Source: Blastocladiella emersonii ATCC 22665
Lineage: Eukaryota > Fungi > Blastocladiomycota
Length of the DNA: 64,000 nt
Direction: 5' to 3'
Assembly: GCA_025594325.1 (NCBI GenBank)
Contig: JANHCV010000001.1
Coordinates: forward strand, 1,674,001 to 1,738,000
The notes below the pieces were generated by a model, which had not been told where the DNA came from, searched no databases, and worked only from the letters and a program-made list of their open reading frames with translations. How positions within the stretch are numbered: position 1 is the first letter of the stretch; each line of letters begins with the position of its first letter. The position numbers and the translations under genes were made by a program. This document shows, one piece after another, positions 10,492-21,374 of this stretch.

Positions 10492-13400
10492 ATGTACCCG
10501 CAATGGAGAACCATGGCGATTGCCGCCGTCGCCACCGTCATGATCTTGCTATCGGCGACCAGCGCCGTGCTCGCGACCAATCTCACGGTCGTGGCCATGC
10601 TGCCCATGTCGGATCCCGGTATGACGATTCCTCGGCACACGTCAGATCGGTGAGCTCCGTGACCTGACGGACGGTCCGCCTCTAGTCCTCGGCGGAATCT
10701 TCAAGGGCATCGCCAACGCGCTCTCCGTCGTGCCCGATGTCATTACGACCATCGACCCGGACCACAACTACACGGTGCAGTTCGTCGACTCGGCGTCCTC
10801 TCGCTTGACGGGCGTCAAAATCCTGAACGAGCTGGCCGTGGCCGGGCGCCCGATCCACGCGCTCATCGGCGACTACTCGTCCCGCGTGACGCTGCCCGTC
10901 GCCCTGACTGCAGCCTCGCAACGGCTGTGGCACTGCGGCGTGCCGTCATCCGTCGACTTCAACAACAAGGCCGACTTCCCGCTCTTCTACCGGACCGCTC
11001 CCGACGACTTGCAGGGCGGCCGCGCGTTGGCCATGGTCGTGCGGTCCATGGGCTGGGGGTCGGCCAACTTGATCGCGGTCGCTGATCCGTTTGGTCAGTC
11101 GCTGACCGAGAGCTTCATGGCCGCGGCCAAGTCGCTCGGCATTGACGTTCATTCAGCACAGCAGTACGCGCCGGGGACCACCAATTTCGCGCCGTTCCTT
11201 GACACGGTCGCGGCGAACGGGTCCAAGGTCACGCTTCTACTCGGATTTCCCGGCGACGCGCGACTCATTTTCCGCGAAGCAAAGTCGCGCGGGATGCTCA
11301 CGTCCGAGTGGGCTTGGGTACGACTCTCGCGTATCTTCCTGCGGCCTCAACTGACTCGCGATGCGCGCAGCTAGGGCCGGTGACCATGTCCATGTACCTC
11401 GACTCGTTCACGGCCGACGTCGACAAGGACCTGGCCGATGGCATGTTCTACGTGTTCCCGCTGCAGTCGGCCAACCCACAGTTACAGCGATTGCGTTCGT
11501 CGTACCTTGCCAAGTTCCCGAACGCGACCGCCGAGTCGCTCCTGGGGTACCCGCTCATGTACCTGGACTGCCTCATGTCGGTGGCTCACGGTGCGGTCTG
11601 TCGTCGGGACTGCTCATGACAGTCCTAACAAGTTGTGGCACTCTAGGGTTCAAACGCCTGACGGCAAAGTACGGCGACGCGGCCGTGCTGGCCAAGTCGT
11701 ACACGGCCAACCTGACCGAGTTCCTCGTGCCGTTTGACGGCGCCTCGGGCCCCGTCAGCTACGACCAATACGGCACCCGCCTCGCGTACGGTCGCGCTCG
11801 ACAGCACGCTCCCTCCCAACTAACCGCCCCCGCGATTCTAGCAACTGGAACGTGGTGAACATCGTCAACCGGCGCGCCGTCGTGACGCACGAGGTGTTCC
11901 TGTCCAACAACACGTTCGTGCAGCTCGCCGCCCCGCGGTTCGCCGGCGGCTCTGCAACAATCCCGCTCGACCGCCCGCCGCTCGTGCGCGCGTACCCGCA
12001 GTGGGAGGACGGCGGCGTGCAGGCGCTGGCGGCCGTGCGCGCGCTGCTGATCTCACTCCAAATCGCGGGCATGGTGCTGCTGTTCGCGTACCGCACCGAG
12101 CGCCGCGTGCGCCAGCTGTCGCTGCCGTTCCTCCTCATGATCGGCACGGGCTGTGTGCTGGTCCTCGCCAGCGAGTATTTCCTGGTGGGCGTGCCCACTC
12201 CGTTCCACTGCTTTGCCTCGCCCATCCTGCTCGCGTTCGGGTTCCAGATGGTCATGGCGAGCGCAGCCGCGAAAACGTACCGCATCTACCGCATCTTCGA
12301 CAACCGCGTTGGCGTGGCCATCTCCAAGGCGGTCCTGAAATCGCACATCCTGATCCGCAACGTCGGCGCCGTCCTGTTCGCGCAGGCCGTCCTGTTCCTG
12401 ATCTGGATTGGCGGGTTCCCGTCGTGCGTGACGCTGGTCCAGACGCGCACGCTGCTCTACTACGCGTGCACGTCGTCGAGCGTGGCCGGGTACTGGTTCG
12501 TCCTGGGCCTGTCGTTCGCCCTCAACGCGGTGCTCCTCGGCGTGGTCGTGGTCCTCGCGTACAAGACGCGCGACGTGGACTCGAGCTTCCGCGAGACGTC
12601 GTGGATCTTGTACACGGCGCAGAACGTGCTGCTGTGCGCCGTGGTCGTGGTCCCGCTCAGCGTGATCCCGCTCGACACGCTGGCCATGCCCGCGTACTAC
12701 GTGCGCGCGGTGGTGCTCATCTACGCCGTCATGTTCGCGTACTACGCGCTCGTCGGGCGCCTCGTCGTGACCATCCTGTCCGAGCGGTACGCGCCGCGGA
12801 CCGGGAGTCTCGCGGAAGCGCTCGTCACGCACACGGGCGGGTCGCAGAACGGGCAGCGGCTCGACGGTGCCGCCATGTTCGGCCCCGTCACGAAACGCGG
12901 CGGGGCCAAGCGGGCCGGGTCGATGGCCGTCATGGCCGCGTTGCAGCACGCGTCCGGCCCGCTTCCAACACCAGGCGGCTCGTGCTCGGCGACCGCGGCG
13001 AACCTGCCCAGCGCGTCCGTGCCCAACGAGCTCTCGGGCCACTACCCGGTGCTCCGTCGCGGGTCAGGGCTCGGGTTATTCGGCAGCATCGTGCAAACGT
13101 GGCACACGCACCACGTCTACGCGAACCTGCGGCCGACGGCGAGCCACATTGTGATCACGCCGCCGCAGGATCTCGCGACCGCGTCCAAGGAGCCCGGCGT
13201 CGCGCTCGGTCTCGGCGGGGTCGCGTTCGACGCGTCGCCCGCGGGCGTCCCGCCCGGGTGCATCGAGGTGATCCACCGCAAGACGGGCCGCGCGTGGGTG
13301 GTGCAGCTTGGCGGGGCCGATGAAGTCGCAGCGTGGGCGGCGCTGCTGCGTCCGGTGGTCGGTGCGACGCTGAGCACGGGCGCGGCCGACTCCAAGTCGC

Positions 13401-13540
13401 AGACGCGGTCGCAGGCGGGCAAGTCCAAGAAGACGAACGGGACCGAGTCCGGGAGCAAGACGGTCGAGTCAGCCGGGGCCCCGGCACTGCGACCATCACC
13501 GAGCTCGAGCGGGCCGAAGCCGATGGACGACGACGAGTGA
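10492..13540 (+). CDS. Class C (GABA-B-like) GPCR 1: signal peptide, Venus-flytrap/ANF ectodomain, 7TM and PH-like tail; 5 exons, ~938 aa
   Basis: Introns 10619-10685, 11318-11370, 11591-11646 and 11786-11841 give a continuous frame. Ectodomain motifs ALIGDYSSRVT and FPLFYRT; 7tm_3-type KTYRIYRIFDN; seven hydrophobic segments. Confidence 0.88.
11704..12777 (+). repeat. Left arm of a 1,074-bp inverted repeat (partner 18638-19711)
   Basis: Both boundaries were checked base by base and give no net indel. The supplied translations of the two copies match in the sense, alternative and antisense frames. Confidence 0.9.
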
Positions 13541-14623
13541 GATGTGCATGTCACCCGATAAACCTTGTTCCAACTCCGTGGGTAGGGGTGCCGACCTCGG
13601 GCGCGTGTTGTTCACCACCTCAAGGTGAAGTGGCGCGGCGCGTGCGCTCACCCGATCGCACCTGTCGCAGGTGATCGGCGACTCGGGCGGGTAAAGCCGA
13701 AGCGCGCGCGCGACGCGGCGGGGCTTGACCCTGCCGAGAAAGGGAAGGGACCGCGGCATTGGTCGCGCGCTGAAGAGGGCGCCACGCCTAATCATGACGC
13801 ATGCGGGCGTCAGCGCGGGTCGGGCCACGTTTGTCACCTCCCGCTTCGCGGCGGCGGCACGTCGGCGACGGGCCTCCGCAGCTATCCTAGCTGTCACGGC
13901 CGCAAGCGAGTCGCGTCTCCCCGCGCCTCGGCCACGACGACCGTGAGGCGCACCGCGTAAGGCAGGGCGACAAGACGAGTGAGGCAACCGTGGGCGGGAC
14001 CGCGGCAGCGGGTGATCGATCCGATGGAGCGTCGCTTTCGGCAAGCGGAATGATCGGGAGGCGGCGGGCAGGATAGAGTTCGGCACGAGCACAGCAACTG
14101 TGCCCTGCCATCACAGCGGGCCTTGGTCGGAAATGCCGCAACACGGATGGTATGTGGCAGCGCTCGGGCGAGGCGGCCGCGCTCTGGGTCGGCCGCGCGC
14201 GACCCCAACCGCTCCCTTCCGCCCTCCCGCGCTCCTCGCTCTCCCCGGCATACTAGCCTGTTTCTGCACTGCATCCGCCCTCGCCGCCCGCCGCTACCGA
14301 CCGTGTTCGTGATCGGGGTGCCCCTCGCGATCGCGTACTCTGCCCGCGCCGCGTCCCGCCAGACGAGTGCGCGCGCCCCCTCGCCGGTCACGGCGGATCG
14401 GTTGCCGAGGCGCGCCGTTCCCCGCAATCTGCAATCCGCAGCCGCCGCCACCACCGCCGCCTTCTCACCGACGCGCGCGCTCTGCTGCCCTCGCCGCCCT
14501 CGCGCGATCGCTCTCCCCGACTTGCTGCAACGCCCGCGGCTGCCTCCGAGGCACTCGCTCAAGGTGCATTCGCCCTTTTTCCCTCGCGCGGCCCGTCCCA
14601 CCCGCTCACTGCTCGTGTTTGCC

Positions 14624-17600
14624 ATGCAGATCGCCCGTCCGCCCCGGCTCTCGCTCGCCGCCGTCGCCCAGCTTTGCCTGCCCGCAACCATGACCGGCAC
14701 CGACTCGTCGCACTTTGCTCCGCGCACCCCCGGCATCCCGCGCTGCATGCCGTCGCTCGTCGCCCCCTCGCACTCGGCCGACTCGCCGCGCGTCGGCGCA
14801 GCCGCCATCCAGCGCATCGCCGCCGACACCGCCGCCACGGCACCAACAGCGTCGGCGTCTACTCCACGCACCAGCAACCCGCCTCGTCGCCGCTCGGCCG
14901 CTGCGGGCGGTGCTGCCCCACCATCCATGCCCACCGCAACACATGCACCGCCGCGCAAGTCGTTCCTCGGCCAGGCCGCTTCCCTCCTGCGCTTCTCGCA
15001 CCGCCGCAGCGCACCGGCCACCGCCGTCATCCCGCCCATGCCGACGCGCCCGCGATCTGCCCCCGCCACCCAGCAGCTGCAGCTGCAACCGCCACCGCCC
15101 TGCCCGCTACGCCGCCGCGAGCCCCGCTCCTCCAAGAAGCACCGCGAGCGCCACGGTGACGACGACCGCGACGACGAGAGCACCCGGATCCGCGCCGATT
15201 GCACCGAAACGGAGCGCAGCCCAGACTCCGAGTCGGACGCCGCCGCTGCCTCGACCTCGACCTCGGATCCGGCGGCCGCGCCGACCTCGTGGTCGCGGCG
15301 GCTCCGCCGATCGCTCGCCCGCCGCGCCGGCAAGAGCAGCGGGAGCAGCAGCAGTCGCAGCTCCAGTCGCAGCGGGAGCGCCTCCTCGCCCGGCAGCGAC
15401 AAGGCAACCCCACCGCCCCCGCTACCGGCCTCGCCCGCGACCCCGTCGCCGCTCCTCGCCGCGTGCTCGCACCACCGCCGCCCCACATCGCGGCCCCGCT
15501 CCGCCACCGGGTCGCGCTCGCGGTCCCGGTCGTACGCCCGATCGCCGTCGTCGCCCGCCGCGTCGCACGCGGACGTGTCGTCGTCGCGGTCGAGCCGTCG
15601 CGCGCGCAGCCGGATCCGCCGTGGCGGGACACCCGCTCCACACGTCCACGAGGACCTGCACCTGGCCTCTTCGGCCGACGACGAGTCGGGGTCCGAGTGC
15701 GAGACCGACGGCCGCAATGGCGACGATGGCGCGCACAGCATCGCGTCGGACGCCACGGGCCTGCACCGCCGGCGCAGCCGCCGCCGCAAGCTCGACCGGA
15801 TCCACAGCGACGAGCGCGACGACCCGCTCGCCCTCGTGCAGCGCCTGCGCCTCGTCTGGACGCTGTCGGCGTCCGAGCTGCTGCAGGAGAGCTACCAGAA
15901 GTCGGCCCGCGCGCTCGTCGTCGCCCTGTACTCGGCCACGCTCGTCGAGCCCGGGTCCGCGGCCGGCGGCGCGCCCGCCTCGCTCATCGGGTCGCCCGCC
16001 TCGTCCACCAACGGGTCCGCCGCGTCGCTCGACACGGGCGCGAGCCCGAGCCCCAGCAACGCCGCCGCCGCGGGGCTCGCGCAGCTCCGGTCCATGCTCA
16101 TGCACTCGTCAGTCCCGCGCGAGCTCCTGGTCCCGCCGCAGGGCACCGTGCCTGGCCCGACCGTCCTCAACCGCCGTGGGTCCGCGCACCGCCGGTCGCG
16201 CGGCCAGTCTGACCGCCTGAGCGCCGAGCCCGACGTCCCGCGGCCCGCCTCGATCCAGCGTCTGTACGACGCCGTCTACGGCGACGCCTTCGAGCACCTG
16301 ATCACCGACTCACCGCCCACGGCCAGCCCGACGGCCACCTCCTCGCCCACGTCGCCCGCAAGCGCGTCGCGGTTTGGGTCCGCCACCCTGCCGACATCCC
16401 CCAGCACGCCGACCGTAGCGGACCTCGAGACCCAGGTCCGCCTCGCGGGCGGCCGCGCCGACGATATCGCGGCCGCCGAGGCTGCCCACACGCTGCGCGT
16501 CGCGCACATGCTGCTGACGCACCACCTCGCCGTGGCGTGCCTCGACGCGGTCGTCCGGCTCGAGCCCATGCACCTGATCGTCGTCCTCGCGCGCCCGCGC
16601 GACGCGCTGCCCGAGATTCTCCTCGACTGCCCGTCGCCCGCCAAGGTCGCTGCCATGCTCGGCGTGCCCGTGCGCGATATCACGGGCGAGTCCTCGCCTG
16701 ACCACGCGATCGAGGACGACGCTGATGAGGCGCACCCGGCACCCGCACCCAACTCGATGGCCGCGTGGGCGCTCGAGGTGCGCCACGCGCTGTGCGCCGC
16801 GGCCGTCGGCCTGATGCGCGCGCTGGTCCAGGCTCGCCTCACGCGCCCGCCGCTCGCGTACCTGTACGCGTCGCTGCTCCGCGCCGTCCGCCTCGCCGCG
16901 TACGTGTACGCCGTCGACCCCTCGGTCCAGTGGGTCTGGTCGCCGCGCGACGCCCTCGTCAGCGGCACGTCCATGGAGATTGTCGGCGGGGTCCCGCCCG
17001 GCGGGGACGGAGATGGCGATGGTGGCGACGCGATCGTCCTGTTCAGCGTGTGTCCCGGCCTCGTCCTCGTCACGGGCTCGGGTCCCGCCGAAGTCAACCC
17101 CGTCGCGTCCGTCGCCGCGGCGTCGAGCGCGTCGCTCGCGCCGAGCCCGAGCGGGTCGGCGGCTTCGGGGTCGCAGCTCGCCGAGGCGACCGCCGCGTCG
17201 ACGGCGCAGCGCGGGATCGTCCTCGTCCCCGAGCAGGTGTTCGCGATCCGGTCGCCGCTGCAGGACCTCGACGCCCTCGCTGCCGCGTCGCCCGCGTCTT
17301 CGACCTCAATCAGCCCACGCACGTCGCCGCCCAAGCCCAAGCCTGCAGGCCACTCGCGCAAACACCGCAGCCAGACCCAACAGCAGCAGCGGTTCCGCCC
17401 GCACCACGGCGCCACCGCCGGCCGGCCGTGGTCCAACACGTCGTCGCTCTCGGCCTCGTCATCGTCCTCGATCGCGACCATTCGCGTCGAGTCGGACGGC
17501 GACGAGCCGTTCGTCCCGCCGCTCCCGCCCGTCCCGCCGATGCCCACCAACGCCGAGGGCCCGTTCGCGTACGCGTACGCCGCGCCGCCGCTGCCCGAGT

Positions 17601-17749
17601 TCTTTGCCCCGGCACCACCTCCATCGTTCTCGTCCCTCGACGCCCCGCTAATTCTGCTCCCACCACCCGCGCGCGCACGCAGCGCGCTCGCTCACGAGAT
17701 GGTCGGCCTCGGGCTCGAGGAAAAGGGCACGGCTGCGCCCGCGCCGTGA
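14624..17749 (+). CDS. Hypothetical low-complexity protein (family member B), intronless, ~1041 aa
   Basis: Long ORF paralogous to 6070-9569 (LVVALYS, LLTHHLA, LARPRDA, LFSVxPGL blocks). ATG 14624 follows a pyrimidine-rich leader; start uncertain. Confidence 0.75.
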   Translation: MQIARPPRLSLAAVAQLCLPATMTGTDSSHFAPRTPGIPRCMPSLVAPSHSADSPRVGAAAIQRIAADTAATAPTASASTPRTSNPPRRRSAAAGGAAPPSMPTATHAPPRKSFLGQAASLLRFSHRRSAPATAVIPPMPTRPRSAPATQQLQLQPPPPCPLRRREPRSSKKHRERHGDDDRDDESTRIRADCTETERSPDSESDAAAASTSTSDPAAAPTSWSRRLRRSLARRAGKSSGSSSSRSSSRSGSASSPGSDKATPPPPLPASPATPSPLLAACSHHRRPTSRPRSATGSRSRSRSYARSPSSPAASHADVSSSRSSRRARSRIRRGGTPAPHVHEDLHLASSADDESGSECETDGRNGDDGAHSIASDATGLHRRRSRRRKLDRIHSDERDDPLALVQRLRLVWTLSASELLQESYQKSARALVVALYSATLVEPGSAAGGAPASLIGSPASSTNGSAASLDTGASPSPSNAAAAGLAQLRSMLMHSSVPRELLVPPQGTVPGPTVLNRRGSAHRRSRGQSDRLSAEPDVPRPASIQRLYDAVYGDAFEHLITDSPPTASPTATSSPTSPASASRFGSATLPTSPSTPTVADLETQVRLAGGRADDIAAAEAAHTLRVAHMLLTHHLAVACLDAVVRLEPMHLIVVLARPRDALPEILLDCPSPAKVAAMLGVPVRDITGESSPDHAIEDDADEAHPAPAPNSMAAWALEVRHALCAAAVGLMRALVQARLTRPPLAYLYASLLRAVRLAAYVYAVDPSVQWVWSPRDALVSGTSMEIVGGVPPGGDGDGDGGDAIVLFSVCPGLVLVTGSGPAEVNPVASVAAASSASLAPSPSGSAASGSQLAEATAASTAQRGIVLVPEQVFAIRSPLQDLDALAAASPASSTSISPRTSPPKPKPAGHSRKHRSQTQQQQRFRPHHGATAGRPWSNTSSLSASSSSSIATIRVESDGDEPFVPPLPPVPPMPTNAEGPFAYAYAAPPLPEFFAPAPPPSFSSLDAPLILLPPPARARSALAHEMVGLGLEEKGTAAPAP

Positions 17750-17853
17750 TCTCTTGCACACACACTTCTCCTTCTCCCTCATTCCTCTAGATTCTCGCCC
17801 ATGCCATGCACTTCTTGTTCCTAGAATATGTATTTTTTCGATTGCACAACAGC

Positions 17854-20800
17854 TCACGAGTCTTCGCTGACCGGCTTCAGCCCGACGCCGGCGCCTCGCG
17901 ACGCGGAGCCCGTTGAGGCGGATGTGACGGGGACCGCGGGACCCGGGCTGCTCCCGGTCCCAAGCGACCCGCCGCGCGCCTGCCCTCCGTGCTGCCGAGA
18001 CTGCGACCGCGACTGCGACCGCGACTGTGACCGCCCGTCGCTGCTGGACCCGAGCGTCGCCGCGACGACGGGCTTGAGCGCGGCTGCCCACACGCCCACC
18101 TCTTCGGCGCCGCCGAGCTGGACGACCCACGCGTGGCCCGACGTCCGGTGCACGATCTCGATACACCCGAGCGGGACGCCCGCGGGCGCCGCGTCGAAGG
18201 CCACGCTGCCGAGGCTCACGGCCACGCCCGGCTTGCGCGAAGCCGTCGCCAGGTCGGCCGGCGGCACGAGTACGAGGTAGCCGGAGCGTAAGTTTGCGTA
18301 CACCTGGTGCGCGTGCCACGTCTGCATGATGGCGCCGAGGAGGCCGAGGCCCGAGCCGCGGCGCAGGACGGGGAAGCGGCCGGAGAGCTCGGTGGGCGTG
18401 GCCCCGGGCATTGTGGTGGCCGCGCCGACGACGGCGGTCGAGGTCCCGCCCGAAACCGAGGTCGTCGCGGGAAGCGCGCCGACGGACATGGCGGCCAGCG
18501 CGGCGACCGACGAGGTGCGTTTCCCGCCGCGCTTGGAGACGGGGCCGAAGATGGTGGTCCCGTTCTGCGACGACGCGCCGATCTCGGTGACCAGGGCGCT
18601 CGCGAGGTCGGTGCCGCCGTTAGCGCGGCGTTCGGAGAGGATGGTCACGACGAGGCGCCCGACGAGCGCGTAGTACGCGAACATGACGGCGTAGATGAGC
18701 ACCACCGCGCGCACGTAGTACGCGGGCATGGCCAGCGTGTCGAGCGGGATCACGCTGAGCGGGACCACGACCACGGCGCACAGCAGCACGTTCTGCGCCG
18801 TGTACAAGATCCACGACGTCTCGCGGAAGCTCGAGTCCACGTCGCGCGTCTTGTACGCGAGGACCACGACCACGCCGAGGAGCACCGCGTTGAGGGCGAA
18901 CGACAGGCCCAGGACGAACCAGTACCCGGCCACGCTCGACGACGTGCACGCGTAGTAGAGCAGCGTGCGCGTCTGGACCAGCGTCACGCACGACGGGAAC
19001 CCGCCAATCCAGATCAGGAACAGGACGGCCTGCGCGAACAGGACGGCGCCGACGTTGCGGATCAGGATGTGCGATTTCAGGACCGCCTTGGAGATGGCCA
19101 CGCCAACGCGGTTGTCGAAGATGCGGTAGATGCGGTACGTTTTCGCGGCTGCGCTCGCCATGACCATCTGGAACCCGAACGCGAGCAGGATGGGCGAGGC
19201 AAAGCAGTGGAACGGAGTGGGCACGCCCACCAGGAAATACTCGCTGGCGAGGACCAGCACACAGCCCGTGCCGATCATGAGGAGGAACGGCAGCGACAGC
19301 TGGCGCACGCGGCGCTCGGTGCGGTACGCGAACAGCAGCACCATGCCCGCGATTTGGAGTGAGATCAGCAGCGCGCGCACGGCCGCCAGCGCCTGCACGC
19401 CGCCGTCCTCCCACTGCGGGTACGCGCGCACGAGCGGCGGGCGGTCGAGCGGGATTGTTGCAGAGCCGCCGGCGAACCGCGGGGCGGCGAGCTGCACGAA
19501 CGTGTTGTTGGACAGGAACACCTCGTGCGTCACGACGGCGCGCCGGTTGACGATGTTCACCACGTTCCAGTTGCTAGAATCGCGGGGGCGGTTAGTTGGG
19601 AGGGAGCGTGCTGTCGAGCGCGACCGTACGCGAGGCGGGTGCCGTATTGGTCGTAGCTGACGGGGCCCGAGGCGCCGTCAAACGGCACGAGGAACTCGGT
19701 CAGGTTGGCCGCGTACGACTTGGCCAGCACGGCTGCGTCACCGTACTTGGCCGTCAGATTCTGAAAGCCTACGTGGTCGGCATCAGCTCGCGTCAACGGC
19801 AGCGCGCAGTGAAGAACCGTACCGTACGCCAGCGACAGCAGGCAGTCAAAGTACATGATCGTGTAGCCTGAGAGAATGTCGGCCGTCGCGTTCGGGAACG
19901 CGGTGAGGTACGTCGACTGCAGCCACTGCAGCTTGGGCGTGACCGCTTGCCGTGGGAGCACGTAAAGGAACCCGTAGGCGTTGTCCTTGTCGACGTCGGC
20001 TGAGAACGAGTCCAGGTACATGGTCTGCGCCGCGGGCCCGAGCTACACATGGTAAGGGTGAGAACGCGGCCTTGCATTGACGAAGGTACAGGGACGCACC
20101 CACGCCCACTCGGCCGTGAGCATGTTGCGCGCCTTGGCCTCGCGGAAGATGAGCCGTGCATCGCCCGGGAACCCCATGATCAGGGTGACCTTGGACCCGC
20201 TCGCCGCGACCGTGTCGAGGAACGGGGCGAAGCTCGTCGTCCCAGGCGCGTACTGCTGCGCCGTGTACACCTCGATGCCGAGCGACTTGGCCGCGGCCAT
20301 GAAGCTCTCGGTCAGCGACTGCCCGTACGGATCCGCCACGGCAATGAGGTTGGCCGACCGCCATCCCATGGAGCGGACCACCTGCGCGAGCACGCGGCCG
20401 CCTTGCAAATCGTCGGCGTTGGTGCGGTAGAACAGCGGGAAGTCAGCCTTGCTGTTGAAGTCGGTCGATGAAGACACGCCGCAGTGCCACAGCTTCTGCG
20501 GGGCCGCGGCGAGCGCGACGGGGAGCGTTACCCGTGACGAGTAGTCGCCGACGAGCGCGTGGATCGGCTGCGCCGTGACCTGGTCGTTGAGCAGCTTGAC
20601 GCCCGTCAGGCGCGAGCCTTTGGTGTCGACGACCTGGACCGAGTAGTTGTGGCCCGGATCGATGGCGCTCATGGCGGCTGGTGCGACCGAGAGCACGTTG
20701 GCGATGCTTTTGAAGATCCCACCGAGAACTAGGGAGGGCCTTTATCAGTCCGGATCGCACGCCTCTTGCAACGGCGCATAGGGTACCTGCGTCCGACATG

Positions 20801-20925
20801 GGCAGCATCACGAGCACCGTCAAGTTGCTCGCTTGCACCGTGCTGGCCATAAGCAACACGGTGAACGCCGCGATGGCCAGCATCGCGATCGTGACGCGTA
20901 TCGACGGACCGGCGAGTCGATACAT
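17854..20925 (-). CDS. Class C (GABA-B-like) GPCR 2; 5 exons, ~948 aa
   Basis: Introns 20729-20786, 20043-20099, 19769-19822 and 19574-19629 sit at the same positions as in GPCR 1. Signal peptide, ALVGDYSSRVT, 7TM identical to GPCR 1, and PH-like tail. Confidence 0.88.
18638..19711 (-). repeat. Right arm of the 1,074-bp inverted repeat (partner 11704-12777)
   Basis: Reverse complement of 11704-12777, including the 56-nt intron. Confidence 0.9.
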
Positions 20926-21374
20926 TGTGTAGGTTGACCTCCTGTTGCGGTTCAGGAGCTGCATCGGTTACATTTAGAGACGCCCCAGTCTTTGCACGAT
21001 CTCGCGGGCCTCCATTTGCAGTCGTGCCCGTTACGGGATCGGGAGGCCGTTCTGGCTCGCGCGGACCACCCTCTAGCCGAACGACGTGTGAGACGGCTAT
21101 CCGCACCGACTTCGACGCCAACGGAGAGCGCGTTGTGTCTTCCGCGGTGCGTCGCAGGACGTGTCGCGTTGTGACGCAGCCGCGAGACACGCGTGAGAGA
21201 CATCACGTGCACAGCGAACGCGTTCCGCCACAGCGTGATCTCGCGTGGGCTTGCCGATCTTCGCGTCGCACAGCACCGCCGCCGCGCGCGGCCGCTCCCG
21301 CTCAACCGACCTCGTCGGTCTCTCCTTAGGCTCAGTATCACCCTAGAACACAACGAAGCTCATGCAAAGTAGTC

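Noticed and set aside
14123-14623. N-terminal extension of gene B from TTG 14123 (similarly the ORF-track extensions at 596-682 and 49905-50159)
   Set aside because: These use non-ATG or upstream starts, have UTR/promoter-like composition, and in the last two cases span the TATA-like elements.
17999-18034. 12-bp tandem repeat (GACTGCGACCGC x3), and CAG/CTG runs at 51045-52860
   Set aside because: These are ordinary coding low-complexity tracts (RSQS repeats and polyQ).
11704-19711. 1-kb inverted repeats as terminal repeats of a transposon
   Set aside because: The arms are internal coding parts of two GPCR genes; there is no transposase and no target-site duplication.
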